Shown piece after piece: positions 1 through 9,577 of a stretch of DNA of 64,000 nt. The translations under genes and the position numbers were made by a program. Every line of letters starts with the position of its first letter. Position 1 is the first letter of the stretch. The notes below the pieces were generated by a model, which worked only from the letters and a program-made list of their open reading frames with translations, searched no databases and was not told the origin of the DNA. Source of the DNA: Deltaproteobacteria bacterium (GTDB lineage: Bacteria > Myxococcota_A > Polyangia > JAAYKL01). The stretch lies in the NCBI GenBank assembly GCA_016935665.1, contig JAFGQN010000073.1:21943-85942 (forward strand). Reading direction: 5' to 3'.

Positions 1-1323
1 TTTGTCCAGAATGCCAATGACTTCCCAGGTGACCTGCTCTGCCTGAGAGTATTTACCGGCATCCTTGTCCTGATCTGAGATGCGCATGGGCAGACTGTCA
101 ATGATGGTATCGATGTTATGCACCAGAAATTCCAGGTTGAACAGTCCAGTGGCACAGTTGAACAGAATGCGGTGTCCTTCGGCTTCTTTTTTTAGAACGT
201 CATCTTTGGAGATGGCAACTCCAATATCTGCACAATGCAGTCTATCGTTATCATCAACTACGAGCACGCCACCTTTCACATCTACCGGCGTTCGGAAAGA
301 AAAGTCAAAACCCGCGTCCTTTCCTTTCAACGCCATCAACGCAATAGAGACCGGATTGACAGTTGCCCCGAGGTTGTCGACATTTCCAATGTACACAAAA
401 CGTTTTCCCTGACTATACAACTGCCAGAATATATTTTTTAGAACAACAAAACTCTGACCGTGTCCACCAGGCATTGGCAGGGGTGTATCCGGCTTTCCGC
501 CGGCATTGGCAAAAATTCTTTTTGGGCTCCCCTCACAACTATGGGTGAGCGCAGCCAGCATGGGCTGAATACTGGAGGGCATATCGGTAATGTCCAGACC
601 TGTTTCCGCCATCAAATCAGTTAGCACTTCGCTGAATTTATACTTGCGATATGCTTCGGCCAGCTGGTCGTTGGTATGTACACTGGTCATCTGATACATC
701 GGAAACAGCGTTTTGCTGGACTTCATGCCATTAAGCATTTGCGATTTCAGCGCTTCAATTAAAACACCCCGCATTTTCAATTCCAGGAACGAGGGACCGT
801 GACTGCCGTCCATATTTATAAATGCTGGGGTTAGCCCTTTCGGTTGACCTTTGGATACCTTCGCCATGGACTCGAACTGCGCTTCGCAAATCTTAAAAAG
901 TGATTCGTTAAAGCTGACATTTTTACTCTTGTCCACGTAGCTGCTGGCGGAACCACCGTTGAGTACACCATAGGCAACAACATCGTAGAGTAATATCCCG
1001 ATACGCTCCAATGCGGCATTGTTAAATGTAATCTGGTCACCATCCAGGGTGCCTAGAGAATTGATATCGATAACGACACCGAGCCTGTCAATGGCGTGTT
1101 GTGCTTCACTCGCAAACATGGAAACAGATACATCCCCGGTAATGTCAATAATTCTTTTACCTTGTATTTTGGGAAAGTCTTTTGCGACAATGGGCACAAA
1201 GTGGTCGTATTTTCCAGTATTACACTTGTCGAGGATATTCTGTGTTAATTCAACATCAATGCCCATGGTTTTCATTTTTTCTATGAACGCAGGACTCAAA
1301 TTTTTGGTATCGGATTTTGGCAT
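1..1323 (-). CDS. UDP-sugar pyrophosphorylase (UDPGP family, UTP--glucose-1-phosphate uridylyltransferase-like); C-terminus beyond the window start
   Basis: Continuous minus-strand reading frame from ATG at 1323 (AGGAA about 9 nt upstream) to position 1. It is missing from the ORF track because no stop codon falls inside the window. Translation carries UDPGP-family motifs LNGGSASSY (cf. LNGGLGTxMG), PGGHGQSF (cf. PPGHGD) and IGNVDNLGATV (cf. NIDNLGA). Confidence 0.6.
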   Translation of the reverse strand, partial: MPKSDTKNLSPAFIEKMKTMGIDVELTQNILDKCNTGKYDHFVPIVAKDFPKIQGKRIIDITGDVSVSMFASEAQHAIDRLGVVIDINSLGTLDGDQITFNNAALERIGILLYDVVAYGVLNGGSASSYVDKSKNVSFNESLFKICEAQFESMAKVSKGQPKGLTPAFINMDGSHGPSFLELKMRGVLIEALKSQMLNGMKSSKTLFPMYQMTSVHTNDQLAEAYRKYKFSEVLTDLMAETGLDITDMPSSIQPMLAALTHSCEGSPKRIFANAGGKPDTPLPMPGGHGQSFVVLKNIFWQLYSQGKRFVYIGNVDNLGATVNPVSIALMALKGKDAGFDFSFRTPVDVKGGVLVVDDNDRLHCADIGVAISKDDVLKKEAEGHRILFNCATGLFNLEFLVHNIDTIIDSLPMRISDQDKDAGKYSQAEQVTWEVIGILDK

Positions 1324-1579
1324 TTGGGTGATTCCTGTTTTTTTTATAATTCTGACAGTTCTGATAACTTGAAAAATTTGTTCATTTTTATCAGGCTTAG
1401 GGCGTTTTTGTCATAAAGTTCGACTACTCGTCAATATTTGAATGAAGACATTCAGTGGGTTTCGAATGCATTCGCGCAAATCATGCCTCCGATTGTCAGA
1501 TAATGCACAGCTACTTCAGACCCTTGCCCGGATTTCTGTAAATCAGTATGGCGCCGTTGTTTTGTCGATTATGGACAAG

Positions 1580-1972
1580 CTATAGTTCGCGCACTTCAAC
1601 TTCTTCACTATCCGGCCCCTCAATAAATGCAATTCTCTTCTGTGCGGCATCACCGGAGGGGGGAATGAATGGCTCTTTTATCACCCTGATTCTAAACTCG
1701 TAACAGCGGCGAATAAACATGTCAAGGTCGTCGACGGTAAACGCAATATGATGAGGTCCAACTCCGTTCATTTCATTTGGGGTGGGTGTATCGCTGGACT
1801 TGACTGTATACAGTTCGATGATTGCAGACTCGGCGTCAATGAGACACAGCAGTCGTTCCTTGTATTGGTACGGTTTTTTGATCAATTTGAGTTCAAACAG
1901 TTCAGTATAAAAACGCAGCGCCTTCTCGAAATTGTCGGTTTGACAAGCAACGTGATGTAATTTTGTGGTCAT
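1580..1972 (-). CDS. VOC / glyoxalase-bleomycin resistance family protein
   Basis: 130 aa. Paired beta-alpha-beta-beta-beta module pattern (HHVACQTDNFEKALRFY ... GPHHIAFTVDDLD) typical of glyoxalase I-like VOC proteins. It begins 25 bp downstream of the TIR-radical SAM gene on the same strand. Confidence 0.65.
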   Translation of the reverse strand: MTTKLHHVACQTDNFEKALRFYTELFELKLIKKPYQYKERLLCLIDAESAIIELYTVKSSDTPTPNEMNGVGPHHIAFTVDDLDMFIRRCYEFRIRVIKEPFIPPSGDAAQKRIAFIEGPDSEEVEVREL

Positions 1973-1996
1973 TGTATCCCTTAAAACCCCTTTAAA

Positions 1997-4900
1997 CTAT
2001 TGTGTTCGGGAAGTTGAAACCCGACGTTTTGCTTCAAGCAGTCTATCGCATTCATCCACAAATGATTCTATAGCCTTACGAATACGTTTTTCATCGCCAT
2101 CATCACTATTGTCGGAATTTTGTAAAAGAATTTTGGCGTCATCTCTTACACATTCTACATCCCGTTCTTCGACGAGCTGGCACTTGTGAACTTCTTCTTT
2201 GGCAGCATCGGGTATGTTTTCAATGGGATAACTATTATCAGCTACAGCCATTTTAAATTTGCGTAACATGCTGTTCAGTCGTTTAGTTTGAAGAAGTTTG
2301 TCGCATTCATCCACAAATGAATCGATGGCTTTGGAAATGTGGTGTTTTCGTCCATTACCGCCACAGTTGGAATTTTGCAAAAGAATTCTGGCATCATCTC
2401 GCACACATTCCACATCTCTGTCTCCCACAAGCTGGCACTTATACACTTCTTCCTTTTTCGCATCGGGTATATCGTCGACAACATATCCATCATCTGCGAT
2501 AGCCATTGTATACTCGCATAAAAGGCTATTCAGGTATTCCTGATCGGAAAGCAGCCCCCGCTCTGAAAAGCTGGCTCTTGCCTGAATTAAATACATTTTT
2601 GCCTGGTCTGTCATTCCCATTGTCACTTGCAAAATTGAAATTCTGATAAGGCTTGCATAGAAACTTGGATTCAAAACTACAGAGAGTTCCAGTTTGCTAT
2701 ATGCCTGCAACGCAAAGACCGCATCTTTGTTTCGAAAATAGTCCCTCAGGATGGCGTACCCGTCACTGAAAAGCGCGTGGTACCGCAGCTTCGTATCATG
2801 TTGTATTGCGTGTTTTTCAGCCTTCAGAAATATTTTCTGGCGCTTGTCACTATCTGCTGGATTCGAACGATAGCTGGCGCCCAAACTTCTTTCAGATTCA
2901 ACGAGTAATTCTGGATATAGCCACTTAAAATTTGTTAATCCTGACAGTTTTCCTTCAATTCCCATAAGTGCCCGATGCTCAGCGTTCGATAAATGTTTCC
3001 GCGCTTTACCTTCCTTGCCTTTCTGTCTCCATAAACAACCCAAAATATATTCTTTTTGAGGACATTCTTTTTCGTTGGTTCGTTTGAGTGAATCCAATAA
3101 TAGCAGAACATCGTTTTCGTCAGTATTCTCCATGGATATTGCGCCCAAACAAAACATTGCATCAGAGTACGTGGCTTGCGATACAAGCTCGTCTTTGACG
3201 ATACATCGTAAAAGTTCCGTTACAATTCCCTGCGAAAGAATGGTTCTTGCCGATGAAAAAAGGGATTCATCGACGCTCAAATATTCAAGTAGCAGCAGGC
3301 TAATCAGGAGCTCGTCCCTGTATCTATCGTCCATGTGATCCTGCATCAGAAACACAAAAAAATATGCAGATTGAAGTAGCTTGGAACAAAGTTCTATCGT
3401 GTAGGAAATTTTTTCTTTGGAACACGCGCGCTCTCGAAAAAGTTGCTCATATTTACTGTCAGGTTGAATGACCTCTGCAGCAGTTCTGATAAGTTGGGTC
3501 AAATCGTAGGGAGTCTGTTGAACATTGGAAATTCGATCCCTCAAATCAGTAAGCTGTTTGGGAGTTAACTTGTTATTTGCTATACGAGCGAGTGGTGGCA
3601 AATGAGTGTAAAAACAAACAATGCCATACTTTCTTCGAATCGCAGAAGAAATGCCAATTAGCGGAGAGGATTCGTTGAAATGTGTATAGGAATAACGAGG
3701 TTTAAACGTATCCGGATTCCATCCTGAACACACACGCACCCGCCCATCTGCCGAAATACATATATCCTTTTCAACTGCGCAATACAAACAACGGGAAATA
3801 ATCTCATTGTCCATGTCACAATTAACTTTAACAAATTCGATTTTCAATCTTGTATGACGACGGACAAAGGACATTTTACGTTCGCCAGGAAGGGGGGAGA
3901 TATGGGGTTGATTATAGAGCCGGGCTTTGTTCCCGCTCACACAGGTTTTCGCAACATTAAAAATAGGAAATTTTTTTATTCGGCTGGAATTTCCTTCTCT
4001 CCGCAGAGTTTCGTCAGTATTCATATTAAATGGTTCAATAAACGCAATGCCAATAATTCTTTCGCCCAGGTATCCATGATATTTATCTTCTACCTCATCA
4101 ATCACGCGCTCGATTTCTGATACCCAATCATTAAAATTATCAGTATTGAGCTCAAGTACATGATTGAAACGTACTTTTATGTTTGTTTTTTTTAACAGCT
4201 GAGCAATCCCGTTTTCCACAGAATCAACATCCCACTGCTGCAGCGCCCCGGAATTATCCTGTCGTCTTGGGTATGAAACGCGAATAGATCCAATGTTGCT
4301 ATTATTGAGGTCCTCAATTCTTTGCTCTAAATGTATGCCGTTGGTAACTAAAAAACTGTTCTTCGGACAGGTCGCGAGTATTTGTTTAAGCGGGGCTGAG
4401 TTGTTCAATGGCTCTCCACCCGTAATTGTATACTCAAGTTTTGGCCCAGGATAAATCGGAGATTGAAGCGCACTTTTTTGAATATTTTCAAGGAGTTTTG
4501 ACAGTTTCTCCGGACGCGCCGCTATCCTGCGATCAAATTCGTCACCGTGACACCATGGACATTGAGGTACGCGATCACAGGCTGGGGTAATTTGAATACG
4601 TATACGTCGTTCAGAATCATTCGAAGACCGGTCTATCCTATGTTGCTGTATTTGTTGTCTGTACAATCCATAGTCAGATTCAATTTGATTACTAAGTTGT
4701 TTTAAATCGTCTTTTATATTGCGAGGGTCACATTCGTTGTCCCGAATATACTTTTTTGTCATAATGCCGAACGGCAAATCCTCAATCTTCAAATCTCCAA
4801 GAATTAGAGGAATGACATCCATTTGGCCTCTTAGCTGTCTTGACAAAACTTCCATCAATTCCATGTGGGCCCATGAATCATTTTTGATGTAGAAATTTGA

Positions 4901-5089
4901 TATAACCAAAATCGTTGAGGAACAGCTTTTTGTTGCATGGTCCATATAGTTGAAAAAGTTGGCGCCATATGGAAATTTAAAATCAATCCGTGGAGTAAGG
5001 CCAACATTTGTCATTTCTTCTGCGAGTTTTTTCACGTATTCCGTATCACGATGATCGTAACTGATGAAAGTTTCGGAAAGCTTTCTCAT
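1997..5089 (-). CDS. Multidomain TIR / radical SAM / SPASM-like / TPR-like protein with duplicated C-terminal module (candidate defence or signalling enzyme)
   Basis: ORF 1997..5161. The likely start is the ATG at 5089, with AGGAGA 7 nt upstream. TIR motifs: TFISYDHRD (box 1), ILVISNFYIKNDSWAHMELMEV (box 2 with conserved Glu), VIPLIL. Radical SAM core: ACDRVPQCPWCHG (CX5CX2C) and TITGGEPL. Cys-rich segment: CLYCAVEKDICISADGRVRVC. The C-terminal half is helical and repeat-rich, with two about 86-aa tandem copies at the extreme C-terminus. Confidence 0.75.
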   Translation of the reverse strand: MRKLSETFISYDHRDTEYVKKLAEEMTNVGLTPRIDFKFPYGANFFNYMDHATKSCSSTILVISNFYIKNDSWAHMELMEVLSRQLRGQMDVIPLILGDLKIEDLPFGIMTKKYIRDNECDPRNIKDDLKQLSNQIESDYGLYRQQIQQHRIDRSSNDSERRIRIQITPACDRVPQCPWCHGDEFDRRIAARPEKLSKLLENIQKSALQSPIYPGPKLEYTITGGEPLNNSAPLKQILATCPKNSFLVTNGIHLEQRIEDLNNSNIGSIRVSYPRRQDNSGALQQWDVDSVENGIAQLLKKTNIKVRFNHVLELNTDNFNDWVSEIERVIDEVEDKYHGYLGERIIGIAFIEPFNMNTDETLRREGNSSRIKKFPIFNVAKTCVSGNKARLYNQPHISPLPGERKMSFVRRHTRLKIEFVKVNCDMDNEIISRCLYCAVEKDICISADGRVRVCSGWNPDTFKPRYSYTHFNESSPLIGISSAIRRKYGIVCFYTHLPPLARIANNKLTPKQLTDLRDRISNVQQTPYDLTQLIRTAAEVIQPDSKYEQLFRERACSKEKISYTIELCSKLLQSAYFFVFLMQDHMDDRYRDELLISLLLLEYLSVDESLFSSARTILSQGIVTELLRCIVKDELVSQATYSDAMFCLGAISMENTDENDVLLLLDSLKRTNEKECPQKEYILGCLWRQKGKEGKARKHLSNAEHRALMGIEGKLSGLTNFKWLYPELLVESERSLGASYRSNPADSDKRQKIFLKAEKHAIQHDTKLRYHALFSDGYAILRDYFRNKDAVFALQAYSKLELSVVLNPSFYASLIRISILQVTMGMTDQAKMYLIQARASFSERGLLSDQEYLNSLLCEYTMAIADDGYVVDDIPDAKKEEVYKCQLVGDRDVECVRDDARILLQNSNCGGNGRKHHISKAIDSFVDECDKLLQTKRLNSMLRKFKMAVADNSYPIENIPDAAKEEVHKCQLVEERDVECVRDDAKILLQNSDNSDDGDEKRIRKAIESFVDECDRLLEAKRRVSTSRTQ

Positions 5090-5399
5090 TTTTTTCTCCT
5101 GTAGTCGAAACACATGCGAATGACGATTTTGTCGTTTTTTGAACCTTTTTTGTAGCGACAATTTCAGCAGAAATCAAGGTTTTTCCGGTTTCGGGCGAAT
5201 CCGGTACCATTGATATATCGCTGTGCAATCGTTACAATAAAAATCCTTTTTGTTGGTGTGTCGGCGTGGTCTGGTATTTTTATCGGAATGGTCGGTGAGT
5301 CGTCGGTAACGAAAATTTTTGTGATAGAAGAGAGAGGCGCTTTATTGCGATGAGTAAAAGAAATTTTTTACAATATTTTTAGTCGGATTTCGTGAATTT

Positions 5400-6467
5400 T
5401 TACTTAATCAAAATAACGCCGGCATTCGCGGCGCCGTACAAAGATATTGAATAATCCTTGATGATGTATACCGGTGTTTTCTTGAGCAGCGCGGTGTTGT
5501 TGGGTTTGTAATTCATTTCGAAATAGTTCATGAAAAGGTTGTTTTCCACGAGGTATTTTTCGTTTTTGGTCACAATTCCACCCGCCAGGTACATTCCACC
5601 GGCGCACATGAATACCAGCGACATGGATCCGGCGAATTTGCCGTACGCCTTTACAAACAGTTCCATGGCCTGTCTGCATACATCGTTGCCGTCGGCGTTT
5701 TTGGCCACCATGGCGGGTTTGTCGGCATTGTCGAGTTTGGCGATTTCCTGGCAGACGTCGTCTTTGCCAAGGCCTTTTTCTTCCAGCAGATAGTTGAAGA
5801 TATTGGCAATACCCTGGCCGGATACAAACGGTTCGGTCCCTGGCGCGATGCCCAGTTTTTTGGTCAGCCATGCGGTCAGTGCCACACTGTCATCATCAAA
5901 CGGCGCGAAGCCGGAGTGACCGCCTTCGGACGGGCATGCGGTGTAAACGCCATTGGATTCGGTCAGGAAGCCAACGCCCAGACCTGTGCCGGCGCCCACA
6001 ACGGCTTTGGTGGTGCCGGTTTGGGGCGGAAGTTCGCCGTCGGTGTTTTTAAGCTGCGTGATTTGCTCGGGATTGGAAACGTCCAGAGTGGGAATGCCGT
6101 ATCCAATGGCCAGAAAGTCGTTGATAACCAGTGTCTTTAATCCGGTTTTGGCTTCGATGGCCGCGCCGTCCACGTTCCAGTTGCAGTTGGTCAGTACGCA
6201 TACATTGTTGATTACCGGACCCGCCGCACTGATGCAGCAGATAGACGGTTTCAGCTTGTCGGATTTTTCCACCGCAGTTTGAATGGTCTGCAAAACGGGC
6301 CCAACCAGCTCCGTTACTTCGGAAGATTTGAAAATACATTCAACGATAATACTGTACTTTCCATCCTTTTTACCCACAACCGCCAGATTGGTATTGGTGC
6401 CACCCACATCGCCGGCAAGAATCAACATGTCCTGATCAAAATCTTCGCTCAACCATTTTACTTCCAT
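5400..6467 (-). CDS. glk: Glucokinase
   Basis: LILAGDVGGTNTNLAVV matches the glucokinase N-terminal ATP-binding motif (cf. LVGDIGGTNARFAL). Strong SD: CAGGAGGATCCGCG precedes the ATG at 6467. The longer ORF to 6557 lacks an RBS. Confidence 0.8.
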   Translation of the reverse strand: MEVKWLSEDFDQDMLILAGDVGGTNTNLAVVGKKDGKYSIIVECIFKSSEVTELVGPVLQTIQTAVEKSDKLKPSICCISAAGPVINNVCVLTNCNWNVDGAAIEAKTGLKTLVINDFLAIGYGIPTLDVSNPEQITQLKNTDGELPPQTGTTKAVVGAGTGLGVGFLTESNGVYTACPSEGGHSGFAPFDDDSVALTAWLTKKLGIAPGTEPFVSGQGIANIFNYLLEEKGLGKDDVCQEIAKLDNADKPAMVAKNADGNDVCRQAMELFVKAYGKFAGSMSLVFMCAGGMYLAGGIVTKNEKYLVENNLFMNYFEMNYKPNNTALLKKTPVYIIKDYSISLYGAANAGVILIK

Positions 6468-6727
6468 CGCGGATCCTCCTGAATCAATAACAATCCCCGA
6501 AGTAAATCGGAGATCGGTTAAGTTTGTTTGGGTTTTTATTCCAATTGAATGAAACACACAATTGAAAATTGCTTTTTTAACGCGTTGTTTCAGGGCTCAT
6601 ATAGCGACAGGATGCGCGGGATGGTTTGTTGACATTGGTATACAATGACTTACACTATCTGTCGTTGGCCGAGGAATCGGCAACCAACGCTGAAATCTTT
6701 GTAACCAGACAATAATGGGGGGCCGTT

Positions 6728-8038
6728 ATGGCAAAGAGTTTGTTCCGTATTTTTTTTATTTTTCTAAGCATTGCGATGGTCAGTTCCAGTGTCATGGCTC
6801 AGGATGAAGCGCCAACCCCCGAGCTTCTCCCGGAAATTTCGGACAATATTGTGGATTACCAACGCCCTGGATGGCATCCTCGGCTGAAATTCAATGGCAA
6901 TTTCCAACTGGGGCAATCCAAAGACGTTCCGGGCAATACCGATGGGGTGACGCTTCAGGTGGGGTCGCTCCTCCATGCCACGGCAGATTATCTGAGTCCA
7001 GACCAAAACCACGAATGGACCAACATGCTCCACTGGGATTTGGGATACTCGCGAACCCCGGTGGTGGATGAGTGGATTAAAAGCATGGACAGGCTGGAAT
7101 TTGAAACAGCGTACCTGTACCATTTTTCGGCGGTGCGCTGGATGGGGCCCATGTATCGCTTAAGAATGGGGACATCCCTGTTGCCGGCCTACGAAGTGCG
7201 CTCCTTTGCGACCGCCGTGGTAAAACTGGATGATAACGATGTGCCCCACGGCCTGCGTAATTATGCTGAGGGAACGCGTATTCCTCTGACCGATGCGTTT
7301 GCGCCACTCACATTGCGCCAGATGCTGGGACTTTTTGCCCGCCCGGTTTCTAAAACCGCCTTTAGACTGGATTCCAATCTGGGGCTCGGGATGTGGAAAA
7401 CCTGGACGCGGGGCGGCTATGTGCTGGATGACATTGAAGATACCGACGCATTGGAATTGAGACGTATCGACAATCCGTTTCAGATGGGGGCGGAGGCCGA
7501 AGTTAAAATCAGTGGAGAGTTAAAGGAAAATCTGGTGTCCTACGCCGCCGGTGGGATGTTGATGTATCCGTTTTATTCCGACAAGGACGATACCACTGAT
7601 TTGAGTGGCGCCGAAAAAATGAACCGGGAGTTGTTCGTAACTCTTGGGGTCAATGTTACTGAATATTTAAGCATTAACTATACGTTCAAGGCCATGAAAT
7701 ACCCGCTCATAATTGACAAGGTACAGATTCAAAACAGTCTGCTTCTCTCGGTGGGATTTGATTTGATTGGCAATCCGCCGCCTGTTCCACCCGATGCGCC
7801 GTGTGATTGCGCAGATGCCATAAATGCAGCCAAAACAGACTGGGAAGCAGCAAAGGCCAATGCAAAGAAGCAGGAGATGGCGGACGAATTCAATTCGGTT
7901 GCTGAATCCGAAACTGTTTTGCCTCAAAGTGAAGCGGTTGAAGCCCCTGTTGCGGGCGAATCCGCTGCACCCGGCGCTGATGTTGCCTCGGATAATGCCG
8001 TCGACAGCGCGGCCGATGGTGAAATGACGGAAAAATAG
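6728..8038 (+). CDS. Secreted hypothetical protein (signal peptide, acidic low-complexity C-terminus)
   Basis: N-terminal FRIFFIFLSIAMVSSSVMAQ signal peptide. No recognisable catalytic motifs. Confidence 0.45.
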   Translation: MAKSLFRIFFIFLSIAMVSSSVMAQDEAPTPELLPEISDNIVDYQRPGWHPRLKFNGNFQLGQSKDVPGNTDGVTLQVGSLLHATADYLSPDQNHEWTNMLHWDLGYSRTPVVDEWIKSMDRLEFETAYLYHFSAVRWMGPMYRLRMGTSLLPAYEVRSFATAVVKLDDNDVPHGLRNYAEGTRIPLTDAFAPLTLRQMLGLFARPVSKTAFRLDSNLGLGMWKTWTRGGYVLDDIEDTDALELRRIDNPFQMGAEAEVKISGELKENLVSYAAGGMLMYPFYSDKDDTTDLSGAEKMNRELFVTLGVNVTEYLSINYTFKAMKYPLIIDKVQIQNSLLLSVGFDLIGNPPPVPPDAPCDCADAINAAKTDWEAAKANAKKQEMADEFNSVAESETVLPQSEAVEAPVAGESAAPGADVASDNAVDSAADGEMTEK

Positions 8039-8134
8039 CCCCGGTCGGACGGCGACGAAATCTCCATTTCCCGTTTGAATTGCACGCCCTTTAATTGTAC
8101 AACCGCCTCACAGAATTGACCCATGGAGGCCCCT

Positions 8135-9577
8135 ATGTCAGATATTGCAACCATAATTCTTGCCGCCGGTAAAGGCACTCGTATGAAATCCGAGCGCGCG
8201 AAAGTGCTTCAGGAGGTCTGCGGTCTGCCATTGGTGGCGTATCCGCTGGGATTGGCCGCAACGCTGCGAAGCAAATCCACCGTGGTGGTGGTGGGCCATC
8301 AGCGCGAAGCGGTGGAACAGACGGTAAACCGTTTCAAAGGTAAACAATCAGTGGAATTTGCGCACCAGCGGGAGCAACTGGGTACGGGCCATGCCGTGAT
8401 GACGGGAATGAAGCCGCTAAAAAGCCACGAGGGTCCCGTCTTTATTTTGTCCGGAGACGTGCCGCTGCTGCGAAAGCGCACGTTAAACCAACTGAAAAAA
8501 GCATACGAAAAAAAAGGGGGTCCCCTCGCTTTTGTGACGTTTACAACCCCCGAACCGGGTGGATACGGACGGGTGATTCGTTCCGAAAACAACAGCCCGG
8601 TGGCCATTCGTGAATTTCGGGACTGCAGTGAATCAGAGAAGAAGATCTGCGAAGTCAATGCAGGGATATATTTGATTGATGCGGGGTTTTTACGCCGTGC
8701 CACCCGTAATCTGAAGAGTGACAACGCGCAGGGAGAGTTTTACCTGACGGATTTGATTGAAATGGCCGCCGCCACCCACGATGTGGCCACGGTGGATGCG
8801 CCGATGGCTGAAGTGAGTGGTGCCAACGACCGTTTTGACCTGGTGATGGTGGAACACACGTTGCGTCAGGAGATTCGTTCAAAATGGCTGGCCGCGGGGG
8901 TATCGATTCAGTCGCCGGAGACGGTTCACATCGACACGGACTGCAAAATTGGTTCGGATACCTGGATTGGCGCTGCCGCGCATCTTCAGGGGAGCACAAC
9001 CGTGGGCAAAGGCTGCATCATTGAGCCGGGGGCCATTATCCGTGATTCGCAGATTGCCGATAATGTGGTGATTAAGGCATACTCGGTGCTGGAAAATGCA
9101 AAGGTGGACAGCGACGCCACGGTGGGGCCCATGGGACGGTTGCGTCCGGGGTCGCATCTGAAAAAAGGCGCCCATGTGGGCAATTGGGTGGAACTGAAAA
9201 ATACCGTCCTCGGGGAAGGCTCCAAGGCCAATCATCTGACCTATCTGGGAGATGGGGAAATCGGTAAAGGTGTCAACATTGGTGCGGGGTGTATCTTTTG
9301 TAATTACGATGGATTTTTGAAACACAAAACCATCATTGAAGACAACGTGTTTGTGGGTTCGGATTCTCAAATGGTGGCGCCGGTGATCATTCGCAAAGGC
9401 GCCTATGTGGCGACCGGAACCACTGTCACCGGCGAGGTGCCCGCCAATGCCATGGCCATTTCACGGGGGCGTCAAATCAATCGAAACGGCCTGGCGCTGA
9501 AAATCAGAAAGCGTTTGAAAGAGGCTAAAAAAGAGCTTCAAAAGAAGCGTGGAACAGAGAGCGGTACAAAAAAATGA
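8135..9577 (+). CDS. glmU: Bifunctional UDP-N-acetylglucosamine pyrophosphorylase / glucosamine-1-phosphate N-acetyltransferase
   Basis: ILAAGKGTRMKS nucleotidyltransferase motif. C-terminal left-handed beta-helix hexapeptide repeats. GGAGG lies 5 nt before the ATG at 8135. Confidence 0.9.
   Translation: MSDIATIILAAGKGTRMKSERAKVLQEVCGLPLVAYPLGLAATLRSKSTVVVVGHQREAVEQTVNRFKGKQSVEFAHQREQLGTGHAVMTGMKPLKSHEGPVFILSGDVPLLRKRTLNQLKKAYEKKGGPLAFVTFTTPEPGGYGRVIRSENNSPVAIREFRDCSESEKKICEVNAGIYLIDAGFLRRATRNLKSDNAQGEFYLTDLIEMAAATHDVATVDAPMAEVSGANDRFDLVMVEHTLRQEIRSKWLAAGVSIQSPETVHIDTDCKIGSDTWIGAAAHLQGSTTVGKGCIIEPGAIIRDSQIADNVVIKAYSVLENAKVDSDATVGPMGRLRPGSHLKKGAHVGNWVELKNTVLGEGSKANHLTYLGDGEIGKGVNIGAGCIFCNYDGFLKHKTIIEDNVFVGSDSQMVAPVIIRKGAYVATGTTVTGEVPANAMAISRGRQINRNGLALKIRKRLKEAKKELQKKRGTESGTKK

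Noticed and set aside
80-1372. Several short plus-strand ORFs (80..412, 235..441, 363..548, 1019..1372)
   Set aside because: The minus strand carries one continuous reading frame across 1..1323 with clear UDPGP-family motifs. The plus-strand ORFs are antisense fragments.
8879-9370. 163-aa minus-strand ORF inside glmU
   Set aside because: It is antisense to the hexapeptide-repeat region of glmU. The repeats keep the complementary frame open.
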